Origin: Gnetum montanum
Lineage: Eukaryota > Plantae > Gnetophyta
NCBI GenBank assembly: GCA_015680685.1
Contig: MNCI01002922.1
Span: 50,955-114,954 of the forward strand
DNA length: 64,000 nucleotides
Reading direction: 5' to 3'
In this document: piece after piece, positions 13,672-26,900 of the stretch
Layout of the letters: every line of letters starts with the position of its first letter
How positions within the stretch are numbered: the first letter of the stretch is position 1
The notes under the pieces: generated by a model
What the model saw: the letters and a program-made list of their open reading frames with translations, nothing else
The model's database searches: none
What the model was told of the DNA's origin: nothing
Made by a program: the position numbers and the translations under genes

Positions 13672-13870
13672 GGCACTGGGTTGTAGAACTGATGCTATCT
13701 GTCTGTGATTTGATGCTGAGAAGCTAATGAAAGTGGACTTTGTTGATAAACACAAGATTCATTGAACTCGGCACTGGATTGTCGAACTGATACTGCATGT
13801 CTGTAATTTGATGCTGAGCAGCTAATGAAAGTGGGTTTTATTGATACACTCGAAATTCATTAAACTCGGA
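13672..13870. repeat. 99-bp tandem duplication in the presumed FPP 3' UTR
   Basis: gcactgg..gaactgat..gtctgt.atttgatgctgag..gctaatgaaagtgg..ttcatt.aactcgg occurs at 13672 and 13771. Confidence 0.8.
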
Positions 13871-14599
13871 AGACCATCTGGACTTACAATGAGTAACTGG
13901 TAACTTACCCTTATATAGGCCCCTAGTTCTTCCGTTATTGTGAGGTGAACTGCTTCTTTGAGAATTTTCCTCCTGCATTGATTGGTAACAGCTTCCACTT
14001 TGTTTAAACACTCGAAGGCTTCCAACAATGCTCAGAGTCCAGTGGAAATTCACCAACTAAAAGTATCATACTTGCGAAGGATCCAAGATCGCTATGAAAA
14101 ATAAATTTGTTAGCAGTATTGCTTGCTGTCATACGTTAATCCTTCAAATAACTGATAACATGGAATGGGCATCCTAGAGTTTTTCACAGGCAGAAGCCTA
14201 TTTCGGCATGGAGATAATATTAGAACTGGTTTTGCAGAGTGATGGGTTCGATGCAACTGGACGTTGAAGAGTCGTTGATTTTCCAGGGACCGACTCAAAG
14301 AGACCTTACAAATTAAATAGAACTCCGTGAATCAATAGAGACATTACAGGCAAAGGCGCCTAACATGGAAACAACATGACAAGCATCAACAATGCATGCA
14401 ATTACCCACTTATTAAGGTTAGGGCCTTCACTTGCCCCTGGTTCCATTGGAATCAGAGTAGAAAAGTAGTGAAAAAGAATCTTTGTAGAACCTCATCAAT
14501 GTTAATTACACGCATATCCATACTTGCACATAAAATCAAGGTAACATCATTTCTTTGATCATTATGTTTAGAGGGAGTAGCCCATCGACAAGGTATTCT

Positions 14600-14883
14600 C
14601 TTAGTAGTCAAATGTCCCCAACTCTAAAGAAGACTAATGTTTTTACCTTAAAACATAAAGAACTTAATAATGAAGTGTTACCCAAGTGGTACGGGTTCTT
14701 TTTTGTGGTAGGTACAATGGAACTTTCTTGTAGAAATTGTAGGTTGAAAGTATTTGTGCCTCCAATATAATAAAGAACTCCAAAAGTTGCTTTCATCATA
14801 GCAAGGTAGTCAACACCATATTGAATGTCTAAATAAGTATTAATCAAATATATTAGATCATCAATTAAATGAGAAAATTGCAT
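14600..14883 (-). mobile_element. Copia RT remnant
   Basis: LIYLINTYLDIQYGV resembles the Copia GSLxYLTxTRPDIxYAV motif. Confidence 0.45.
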
Positions 14884-14923
14884 TGAACCTATTGGAGGTC
14901 ATGATACCTTTGTCTTGAAACCT

Positions 14924-16300
14924 ATCATCATCATCATTGTTTTAGCTTTGTCCCAACAAAATGAGGTTGGCACAATAGTTTTTTTTTTCACCATTCACCT
15001 CTATGAAGAGCTAGATCTTTGGATTTTTGCAATTTCTTCAAATAATTTTCAATCATTTTTCCCCATGCCTTCTTTGGTCTTCCTTTTAGTGGCTTTTTTG
15101 GAACAGTGATGTAGCAACCTTTATTTATAGGCTCATTGTCTGATCACCTTTGCACATGTCCAAACCATCTAAGCCACCATTCTTGTAGCTTATTTGAAAT
15201 AGAAGCTACTCAAATCTTACTATGATGTTTGTTTGATGTAGTTTATCTCTTCCAATAACAATTAATATCAATTGAAGCTTTCACTTTTTTGCCACACTAA
15301 GTTGTTCATGCCTTCTTTTGTAATGCCCAACATTTAGCACCATATAAAATAGTAGCTTAGTTATTGTCTTGTAAAATTTCCCCTTCAATTTTATTAATAT
15401 TCTTTTATCACATAAAATACCACTAGCAGATCTCTAGTTTCACCATCTTGCCTCAAATTCTATTTATTATATCTTTATCAATTTCACCATTTGATTGGAA
15501 GATTGATTTTAGGTAGCAAAACTATTTTCAATGAAGGACTTTTTTGCCTTGAATTGTCACTTCCATCCCATCATTGTTTATACTGTTATTAAAATTGCAT
15601 TCCATATTATTTTGTCTTACTTCTGCTAAATTTTAAGCCTTTTGATTCTAGAGCATGTCTCCACTTCTCCATTTTAGAAGTAATATTTTCTCAAAATGTA
15701 TCCACCAACACAATATCTTCTACAAATAGCATACACCAAGGGATTTTATCTTGTATGTCCTTTGTCTTAAAATCTATATATAACAAAACTAACAAAGGCT
15801 TTGCATTATCCATTTTATACTCTTGCAAGAGTTTTATAATATACTTTATTATATATGCATCACTTATGAAGATAGTAATGGGTTGGACCTAAATCCTACA
15901 TTCAAATACTTAATCAAGTTGTCTTTTAAAAGTATTGAGGATCATAATACTAAATTGATGGTGAATTTTGTATAATTTAAAACATCTTGCATACAAATAT
16001 TATGCAAGCTATGGAATGTAAAATCATCACTTCCTTTCCTACCAAGCAAAAACCACTCCATCTAACTTTGGATAAACTATTGGGAACATTATAGAACTTG
16101 CTCAATTTGAAAATGTTTTTTAATTGCCTTCAAGCAAGGAAATTGTCATTACTATCAAACAACTCCATTGAAATGAGGAATCTCATTGGTCACCACCAAA
16201 AGGCATATGCTCTTTGCATTATCATCCTTGTCAAAGTTCAATATTCAAGGCCTTGTTAAAGACTCTACATATTTCAAACTACTCTTACTTTTATTATGTG
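14924..16300 (-). mobile_element. RTE-clade LINE remnant (RT C-terminus plus 3' tail)
   Basis: The - strand reads RSASGILCDKRI..KLKGKFYKT..LFYGAKCWA; microsatellite (ATC)n tail and a tcccaacaaaatgagg terminal motif. Confidence 0.75.
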
Positions 16301-16376
16301 GTTTTAAACCCATCTTCCTAATTTTGTGCAACTATCTATGTATGAACTAATCATAAATGTTAAAACAAGTAATACA

Positions 16377-16790
16377 ATCATTATCATTATCCTAGCCTTG
16401 TCCTAACAAATTAAAGTCAACTACATGAGTTGATTTTCACCTTTATAAAAAGCTAAATCTTTGTTCACATGCAATTTTTTCAAATCAACTTCAATCATTT
16501 TTTCTATACTTTTTGGTTTTCCTTTTGAAGGCTTTGTCAATCTTCCTATTGATGGCTTTACTACAACCATCTAAAACCAACATTTCCTATGTAACTTATC
16601 GAAAGACATCTGAGGCCACTCTTGTGTCTTGCTCCATTGGCTATATTGTGCAATTTCTCTTCTAGTAACTTTTAACATTAAGATAAACATTCACAATTCT
16701 ATACACTAATTTGTTGTTTATACCTATTATTTTGTACTGCCCAACATTCAACACCAAATAAAATAGTAGGCTTAATTGTTGTTCTATTAA
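16377..16790 (-). mobile_element. Second, shorter RTE LINE 3' remnant
   Basis: Parallels 14924-15370 (tail, accatctaa.cca, tgcccaacatt..acacca.ataaaatagtag). Confidence 0.6.
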
Positions 16791-17959
16791 AAGCCATACT
16801 ATAATATCAGGTAACTAACTAAACCATAAAGAATCATTATGTGATGTGTTGGATTAGTTTCAGAATTTCTTTTATTTAATTTTTTAAAACCTACTTCAAC
16901 ATAACCCCCATGGAATCGAACTTATGATTTATGTTTTTTGAGCTAAAACTCTCAACTAACTTTATCACCTCATTATTATAATTATTAAGTATGACTAACA
17001 TAGATCAATTTATCTCTGTTTAGATTAGCATTCACTCTCAGCATTCTAAATATCCTTTTCCATTCTCGTAAGAAGAACACTAAAACTGCTAATTTAAGGA
17101 GTCTTCAAATGATAAGAAATACATGATATCATAAAAAATGATGAATAAACAAGGAAGCTCAAATTAATGTTATCTATGATAAATGATGCCAAAGCAAAAG
17201 CCAACAGAGGATATTACCAATCGGTGCTTAAAAAGTTTAGCCCCAAAAATCAAATTAATGGTACACTAACAGCATTGGATAAACTTTATAAATCGAACAC
17301 ATGAGTTGCCAGATTAATGGAATAAAAATTTATTTAATACAAATACGTCATTATTACATAAACACTAATTAAATAATGGGCAATGATCACAAATTATGCC
17401 TCCTTTCAAACCTTCTAAAAATTATTCCTCCTACGGCATTCAGTTAGACTTTCTAATAATGAGAAGACTACCTTACCCTTCTCCAGCAGACTATTAACAG
17501 TGCCCCACAAATGTATAGTATCAGTTTCATAAATTCTATGCACCAAACATGTAGTAGATTTTCCATGGAGGATAATACATATTCTTTCACAGGTATTAAA
17601 TAACCTACCATAGGAATGAGCAAATTTCAAAGAAATATGAATAATAAGTTGCAATGCTAGCATCATTCATCACATAGCACCTTTCCTTAGCACAATGATT
17701 GGATAAAAATAGATTTGAAGCTTACATGCTGCACATCTCAAAGTTATCCAGCACAAAATCAGATAAATAAATCAACTGCACCTGTAAAATATGGAAACTT
17801 ACTTTCCACGGCTGAAAAAACTGGCAACCATCCAATAACCAATCAGATAGCATTGCGAAATTTTCTTCATTTTAATGTTAAAGATTATGCAAATCATATA
17901 CATCGTATAAATTCCTCTTCTCAACATGTAACCCACAATTCAAAGAGGAACTTCATCAT

Positions 17960-20900
17960 TCATACTGCGTTACTTTGGAAAGCCCTATCAGTAACTGTTG
18001 CTACTGTTTCAGGTCCTGTGTCACTAGAATCACCGATCTCATGTTTGCAAAGTGGACATGTAGCATTTATTTTTAACCATTTATCAACACATTCCACGTG
18101 AAAATGGTGTGAACATGGAAGCTCCCTCAGTTCTACATCATTCTTGTATTTATGTAGACAGATGCAACAAATCTGATTAAAAAGACCCAGAGTTAGTGCA
18201 AAGAGAGTCAAAATAAATCATAGTACACAAAGTTAAACATGAGAAAAACGAACCGCGTCATCCCCAGAGACAGCCCTCTCATTCTCTGTACCAGCAGCGA
18301 TAAAGCCACCTTCACATATGCTGTCTGAGTCAGATTCAACATCATCTACGAGCTCTGCTACTTTACATGAATTCTTTCCCTTAAACTTGTAAGTTGGAAG
18401 TGAATTTATTACTTCAGATGAAGCCCCTTTTGTTTGTGCTTGATCTTCTCGAAACCCAAGAAGAGAAATGATACATGGCAGGCAACAACATATCGTTGCA
18501 CACAGAATGAAAGGCATAGCATAACCGATGCAGCTAAATGTAAGAAACACAATACACAGCCTGCAAAAATTCACATTATGTTACACTAGCATGTCAAGAG
18601 TTGAAGCAATCTGTAGCAGCATATCAACCAGTAGAACGATCAAGTCAACATATCGAAAGCTTACTACGATAAAAAATTATTACAATCAAACCTGTACAAG
18701 TTTGGAGCTTCACTTGAGGATGAATGACCTCCAAAAATCCACACGTTTCCAACCACAAACCAAATGGCAAAGAAGCAATCTAACGCCATCTTGAACCTCT
18801 CCACAAATATGTTCATCCTAGTTACCACAATAGCAAACATACCATCAGTAATTCATAGCAAAACATCTAAACAAATGGTTGCCAAAGATTAATACCAGTA
18901 GTTATACTTGATGATTAATTTGTTACTATAATTGCTAATTAAGTCTCTAAATCTTCTAACATTAAATATAATCACCGAAATGATTTAGTGTTCAGTCATT
19001 AATAAATGATTTGCAGTGTTTCACAGGTCCCTGAGATGCAGGGTTGTGGGGGCATAGGGAGGAGTCCCCAAACATGTTTTAGGGATAGAATGGGTTTTTG
19101 GGAACACTACAGGGACACATGACCGGGACGTAATGAATGATAGTTTTATCTTAGATTGGATTATGTTTCGAAGCACTGAAGATTATGGATAAAGTTGTTG
19201 CAGATTGTGATTTGTGATATATTTTGGAGGTTTTTACTGCAATTTTGATGAGGAAACATTTTTAAAACATTTTGCAAGAAAGAAAATAGTTGTAAGTAGT
19301 GCATAAAATGTATTTTGAAATATTGTGATATGCATCACATCCCATCCATGTCCATAGACATTTTGGGACACATCCCTATCCCCAGGACATCCTGGACGTG
19401 AAATTTTTTGCAGGAACACATCCCTGCATAACACTGATGATTTGTAACAATGAGGTTCTCAACCTAGTAGGACTCTTAATATGGAAGAATAGGTTACAGT
19501 TCGATTCTGATAAGCAATGCTGAGTTATGTACAAATATTATAAAAAGGAATTTTTGAAATTTGTGTAGTCCAACAGATCTAAAGCATCTTGGTGGATATA
19601 ATTAAATACATTCAATTTCAGTTTCAATAGCTTTTAGGGCAACCATACCTACATATCTGAAGATGGAATATGCTACACTGCAGCCATGGCTCTTACACAT
19701 ACATACAGCTGGGCAAGAGGATCAAAGCAAATAAGGCTTTCCTTGTGCTTTCTTTCAAACATTCAGCTAGAAAATAGAATTAAGATCTTCTATGGCTTAA
19801 GAGTCACAAATCACTTTAGTTTAATGGAATATTCTAGAAGTTGGATAGACTACCACACTTTAATTTGATCTGGGATTTTTTTGGGAAGTTGAACTTGTAT
19901 GCTATCTTGTCTACCATATATCCACTATATGGTATGGAAAGCCGGGTTTAGGGGTTACCCTGGGTCTTGTGTAACCAACCAAGGAAATTAATTTGCAAGG
20001 CATGTATAATTTAGCACGTGAGCGCGCGCGCACATCCCTCTGAATATATCATCAGTAAATAAGGTCCCTCTAAACTAAGTCAAAGCAAATAAGCAAGAGT
20101 CCATTATTGTTAACAGAACTTCTTGTGATAAAGTCCTCTAAATTAAATCAACGCAAATAAGCAAATAAAGACATGTTTACTGATCCTGCTTTTCATTCTG
20201 ATGGTTAAAAATATAAACTAAAAAAATATTTAAAAAATCCAAACCAACAGCCAATCAAATTTTAGATTGGGTGGCATCTTGATTCGTGATTAATCACCAA
20301 ATACATGATTTATTGCCGATTCCAACTTTGGTTATAAATGTTGAGAACTATTGTTAATTCCCAAAGTGCAATTTCTCAGAAATTACCTTAGACAATCTTG
20401 TTAATTTAATTTATCATTATCAAACTGAAATTAAAAAATTTAAATGTGAAAACTTGTTCAGGAGTTAATGATGACTCCGTTAACCTTAACCCTATCTCTT
20501 CTCTCTCGCATCCATGAGAGATCAATTGCAACTATTGAAGAATAACATGATTTATAAAAACACAAAATGCAAGCCATGTACGGTTCAAAAACAGCTGTCC
20601 CCTTATTCTTTATCTATGACCTTTTCTTGAACCAAGTTCGTGGCATTATTTTTCAATGTTGATGTCAATCCCCTTATTTTAACATTATTCTCTATTTCCA
20701 TAAGGAGAAAAAAAAGTAAGAAAGAAACACTTATGATGAGAGAACCTGAATGTCATATTCAAGTCCACCTGTTTGCAATCTTGTGCTAACAATGATCCCC
20801 CTTGACATTGTTGGAGTGGATAACGGTGCCAACATTATTATCTACCCTAGCATAGTTTTCAAAAAGTTTCTATATGACTGGAAAATATGTCTAAGTTCAA

Positions 20901-23900
20901 TGAACCTGCAGAAACCTCCTGAGAAACTACATGTACAAATTGAGATGAAGGAATGGATTAACTGAGCATTTGCCCTAGTTTGGTAAAGGCTCGAAACTTC
21001 TAGTTTCTTGCCTTCTATTACGGTTTTGTATGTGCGGTTGATTTTGTTTCTGTTGAACTAATTCATTATGCTAATATTTGTTTCCAATCACAGAATTTGT
21101 TATGGTTGTTATGGTTGATGGGCCTTAACAATGGTATCAGAGCCTACATGATTCAACATCAGTGATGATGGTAAGGGTATTGTTGTAAAGCATAAGAACG
21201 TTCATTGTAAATCTGGCTACTGATTTATCAAATTCTAATCAATGCAGGGTGCACACATTCACAAAGGATAGCTTTAATGGTGGTATAAAAGGGTTTGTTA
21301 CAGATGAGGTTTCACACCTTCGATTTGATCCTGATTCCTTAAAACATGTGGGTTCTTTGATAGCCGATATGTTTTGTAATTGTGATCGAATTCTTATTTC
21401 AGTGATGTTAATAGGATCAACAATGTTAACAATCAACTGTTTTTTTATCTTTAAGTCTCTCTTCGGTCATTTTCTCTACAATGATAATTCAAAATGTGAT
21501 GCTGCTTGATTCCATGTACAATCATTCATTTAATTCAATTATTTCTACCCTTGGTACTTCATTTGTTGAACATTAATATGTTTGCATCATAACATTTTCA
21601 TCTTGTTCTAGTTCAAGTAATTATTCTTCCACGTGTCTTCTTGTTATTCCAATTTCTTCTGTTTTCTGCTACAATTCATTTTCATGAAATTGAAGACTAT
21701 GAGTTTTGCTTCTAAGTCATAACATTGAAATCCCTTCTTTCGAATTTAATATCATAGAAAGATGCATTTCCTCTCCTTTGATTCAAACTTGGATTTTTCC
21801 CTTTTGTCAATGCATAACGAATACAAACAAAAACTTTAACATGAGAAATACCATGCTTTCAACCGTACCGATTATCATATGTTCAATATGAATTTGTTTA
21901 TAGGTACACTTTGGGATGCAATATGCATTATATACCGAATAATCCAAATTTCTTCAAAAAACCAGCATAATAAATCATTATTGTTGGAATCATTATTAAG
22001 ATGCAATTAATTTCCTTTCTGCAAACACAATTTTGCTGAGGTGTATAGGGTGTCAGTTATAGTACATCCAAACTCATTATTCTTCAAAAATTTCTGCATC
22101 TCATTAGAGGTAAACTCTCATCTATTATCAAAGTTCAAACATACATGCTTACTGCGCTTTTCTATTTGACATGTTCTAGCTATCTCTTGGAAGTATTTTA
22201 CTCCTTATGCCAAACGGATGTATTTTCTTTAAGTGCAAGAGGACTCACCACATTGGTGACGAGTGTGTGGCTTATGGAAGGAGTTTATACCTTATCAAGA
22301 CTCCATGAGCTGAAGCATTATTCTATTATACAGGCAATACCAATCTACTTTAGTAGATCATATGGTTGTAGAAAAAGCTTTTGGTTTGGAAAACGATGAC
22401 TTGGAAAACAAATATTTCTTCGAAATGTATCTCTTCCATTTCCATTTACCCAGTTCATATTTTTGTTTCTTGTGTTCCCCAAGTTGATGAGGGTGACCAA
22501 AGGGAACAAATGATAGTTCACCCTGATTACAGATAGGGAATGATTTGACCGAGTGGAGGCCATGCCATTATGAAAAAGTTATTGTTATTAACCAAGCACT
22601 AACTGCATTTTTTTGAATCTTTTCTTGGAAATGATAAGATGTTTTGATACTATCCCGTGTGGCCGGCTCCTCAACACACAGAGATCTCAATTTCACTTGG
22701 CCTATAAACCCACTACCCTAGAACTTATACACAAGTATTGAAAATTGACTTGTTCTCGCTTGGGGGATAGAGCCTTGGTGCGTGAACTAGAGAAGAATAG
22801 ATTGCAATTGTTCTCACTACACTAGAACTCATACACAAGAATAGAATATGCATTCAGGAACTATGGCAGGTAAATAGTTGACCATAGTAAGTCATCGTCA
22901 AATTCTGCACCTAACATAATGGTCAGCCCATCATAAATAGGATAAAGGCACCAAGATAATGATTATGCAAAAAACCCCACCACCTGATCATAAGAGTCCA
23001 AATGCAACCAACCCTCCATTGATCTCGCCAAAAGATTTAAATGTTTGTTTGTGATCATACATTAATGTCTTTAAGCTCCAGCATATAAACTTTTGCATCA
23101 ATTGTGCTGCACTTATTAGATTGTAATCCATTCCAGCAACACAAAAGACTCCAATAGTTTCTAAATCAATTGCAAGTTTTTGAATGAATTCTGATAATTC
23201 CTTCTACATTCATTGTTGTTAATTTGATACTTCCAAAAGTAACATTTCCACCATTAAGCAGATTTATTTTATAAATCTATTTGAAATTGTCTTTTTGCAT
23301 AATGCTTGTATATCTCAGCAACAGCCTATTGGTATCATACCTGTGAATTGTAGAATGCAAACCACATGCCTTAAACAGCAAGTCACATGCCTTGACATAT
23401 GGTCTGTACTTGAATTATCTATGCAACAAACTTTAATTTTATTAAAACCATATAAATTTTGAATAACCATACATTTCTCTCAAAAATTTGTTTCCTCATT
23501 ATGTTCTTGTACCTAGGCAATTTGATTAAAATTTTTTCATACTTCTATGGCCACCTATGCTTCCTCTCTTTGAGATAGACAAAATCCCTCAATGTACTTA
23601 TAATAAATAATTTCCACTATAGAGTTATCTCTATGGCTTTCATGACAGCTCGAGTTATGTTAAAACACTTGCAATCTATTTTGAAAATTGTCTTCTACCT
23701 TTGTTTGTTCATCTACTTTAAATATTTCTTATCTTTTGCCTCATCCTTACTTTCCTCATTGAAAACCTCTCTATTGTTTGTAAAAGTGACATTTTAAGTT
23801 CACTTTTCCTGTTAAACGTCATAGTTGGAAAGCACTATATGGAGGAGAGAGATAAGCATATCTTGGATACAATATCATCTTGATATCATTTCCAACAATC

Positions 23901-26900
23901 TCTAATTTTCTTAAGCATTCCTTGAAACTCTCCTTTATTAACCTTCAACTTTTATATCCCCTTCATAAGGATTGTAGCAACACTTGCATTACTTGTTTAT
24001 CTCCTGCATTCTTAATAATTAAGGAATTCCGGAACTTTTTGGCATCATTCTTGCTTGTTACTTTCAATGGAACTTCTTCACATACTTCCAAACATATTGC
24101 AAGAATTCATTAGCTTTTAAACCGTGTTTAGTTTCAAGAACATAGTTCTTATTTGATTATCTGATATTGAGCCTAGTAACACTATTACACCTTTTTCAAC
24201 AATTCCCTAGTGCTTCTCTATTTGAAGGTATCGCTGCATCCCCTACTACCAAGATTCAAAACTTGTGCCGTCAAAGACCAATTTTGCAAAATCCAAGACA
24301 GACAATGTTCTTTTATGACTCTGACAACAATCATTGGTAATTGCTCTTCAATCCTAAGGCACTGTAAAGCCTAATTCACACAATTTTTCAAACAATTTTA
24401 GAAAGAAGCTTATAAAAACTTGTCAATTTATTATCAACAAACTAAAATCAAACAATCCCTCAGCAAACAACTTAAAAGAAAGAGAATGGAATTCTTATTT
24501 GTTCTTTAAATAGAGTCTCTTTTGAAGCTAAGTTCCTTAGTTCAATTTGCAATATTGGGTCAATCCCCCTATTTAAAAACATTCCCTGTTTTTTTAATAA
24601 GTTCCTAAACGTTCAGAAACCGCATTTTGTTAAGTGGATGTAAATATGACATTCAAGCCTACCCAAACATTGCTATAACAATAAGCATTGCATGTCAGAT
24701 AGCATTGCCTGTTAAATAAAGCAACATTACAACGTACAAGAATCTCATGTGACAAAACAAATAAAATAAAGAAAAAATGTACTCTCTTGCAGACAAAAAG
24801 ACGTTTTAGCCTCAACAGACACATCGCTTCATACAGTTAAAAAGCTATTTCAGAGTGAAGTAATCGGGGGTGAGTCTGCATGGAAACATATAAAAGATCA
24901 AGATCAGTTAGTGAAAGGAATGGATAAAGGCAGATTCATCGATGAAATCATTCAGATGAAAGAAATCATCTACATGGGAAGGCTAGTATACGAAAAACAA
25001 CAATACACTGTTTATGGTTGGATGTCAAAACCCTACCATCACCAAATGGATAGATATCATGCTGTAAAATCTTCTCAACAAGATTAGTTGAAGGTGTGAC
25101 AGTTGCCTCAACCAAAGCAGTTGAAGGAGCGATCAAGATTCTCAAACAGCAAGAAAATTGGAGGTTTACATTATCAGAAAAAGAAGTAGGCTGTCCATAG
25201 ATGAAATTTAAGATTGATGTGCTCAACAGATGAACTAAATCAATCCATTGTAGCAACAAACAAACTACATTAATCTGTGAATTCGCAGATGAAAAAGAAT
25301 TTTGTAATATACAATTTTGTTATTATTAACCTTCTGAATTGATTTTGGTAGAGGTTAATACTGCATCGTAGTTAAAGTCCTCGTTAACTTTCTACATTGA
25401 ATGATTTCATGTTTTCAAAAGTTTGAGATGTTAAGGAAGTTTCGTGTGTGTGCTATGATTCAAGAGTATGAAAAGAAATGTTGAAGAAGCCCTAGGACAT
25501 ACAAACCCTGGCTAGACATTGAAACTGCAGTCAGCAAACTGAAGGCAGAGATGCATAGAGGATTAGATGAGCTATAACTGCCACAAGAACTTTGAAAGAG
25601 ATCCACTGTTCATGCTTTAACAAAGTTCACGCACTATATAGGAGTGTGTCATCAACCTTTAACAATTGAAGCTGTGCTTTGGTCATTACAATTGACTAAA
25701 TGCTTGACTTTTGCTATGTATCAACAAATATCAGTGTTGAAAAGCTATTAGCACATAGCATCCATGTGTCAAGACTGGGTAATGAGATCTAAGTGACCTC
25801 ATGTCAACATTTAAAAACATAATGATCTCCAAAACTAGTCATCATGTGTTGGAAAAATGAAGACAAATACATTAGTATTATTTGTTGTATTTCCTTTTAT
25901 GTTTTTAAAAGGGTGTTGCATTTTAAATAATGATATGAAAAAAAAATATAAAGGGGTCAGTTTGTAAAGTGATGTTTATGTAGGGATGTGTTTTATCCCA
26001 CATGTGTTAGGATTGGGATTTGGTCCTAATGTTTCCTTATAAATAGAAGGCTTGGGGTAGCCTTCAAGGGTGCGTTTTGATGTGGAAGCACTGTATTGAG
26101 GTTTTACCTTGGAGATGAGAGTCTAAGATCTAAGATCTGTTGGAGGAACAAATTGGGTGCTTGGGAAAGCTATAAGGATGGCTTGTGTCCTTAAGATTTG
26201 AGCAGAATAGAAGGCAGATCAGCATTGTTGTGGAGGTAGGGTAAAAAGGGCCCGAACCATGTAAATCTTTGTGTTCTTGTGCTATTTTCTTTCTCTGTTT
26301 TCATTCTGCTTTTACAGCAGATGTTTGCTGGAGTTTACAGCGGAGTTTTCAGTGATTTACAGCGTCTATTTGATCTGTTACAGCGCAATATTTTCTGCCT
26401 TTAACATTTTATTCAGATCTACAGCGTTCTAATAATTTCTCCAGAGCTTCTCTAGTGTATTTTCAGATCTGATCTGCTGATTGTTTTATTGAAACTATCA
26501 CTTCCAACTATAACATCATGTTGGTGAAACATGTCAGCTCATCAGCAATTATTTGGCAAGTTCAATACCCCTCTCGTCCCAACAAAATGGGGTCGGAAAC
26601 TTAGGCTGCTCTATTATTTTTTTAAAAAAAGTAATATTTTCTGGTAATATAATATACAAAATTCCAAAAACATATTAAATTCTAGTCTCTTAGCGACAAC
26701 TGATGCTAGGGCCACATAAACATTCTTTTCAGATCTGCAGCATTGCAGAGAGTCTCTGCAGCGTGACAAAGGGTTTTGACAGGGAACTGAGTGCTGGGTG
26801 AAAGTAAGCGTCCCTTGTCTGACAGAATTTTTGCAGTAATGGCAGTTGACAATTAATATTGATGCTTGTTTTTTACAACAAAGTTGCATTCACTCACAAA

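Noticed and set aside
22900-24650. Further Copia gag/LTR-like remnant in the RING intron
   Set aside because: Too decayed to assign boundaries or motifs with confidence.
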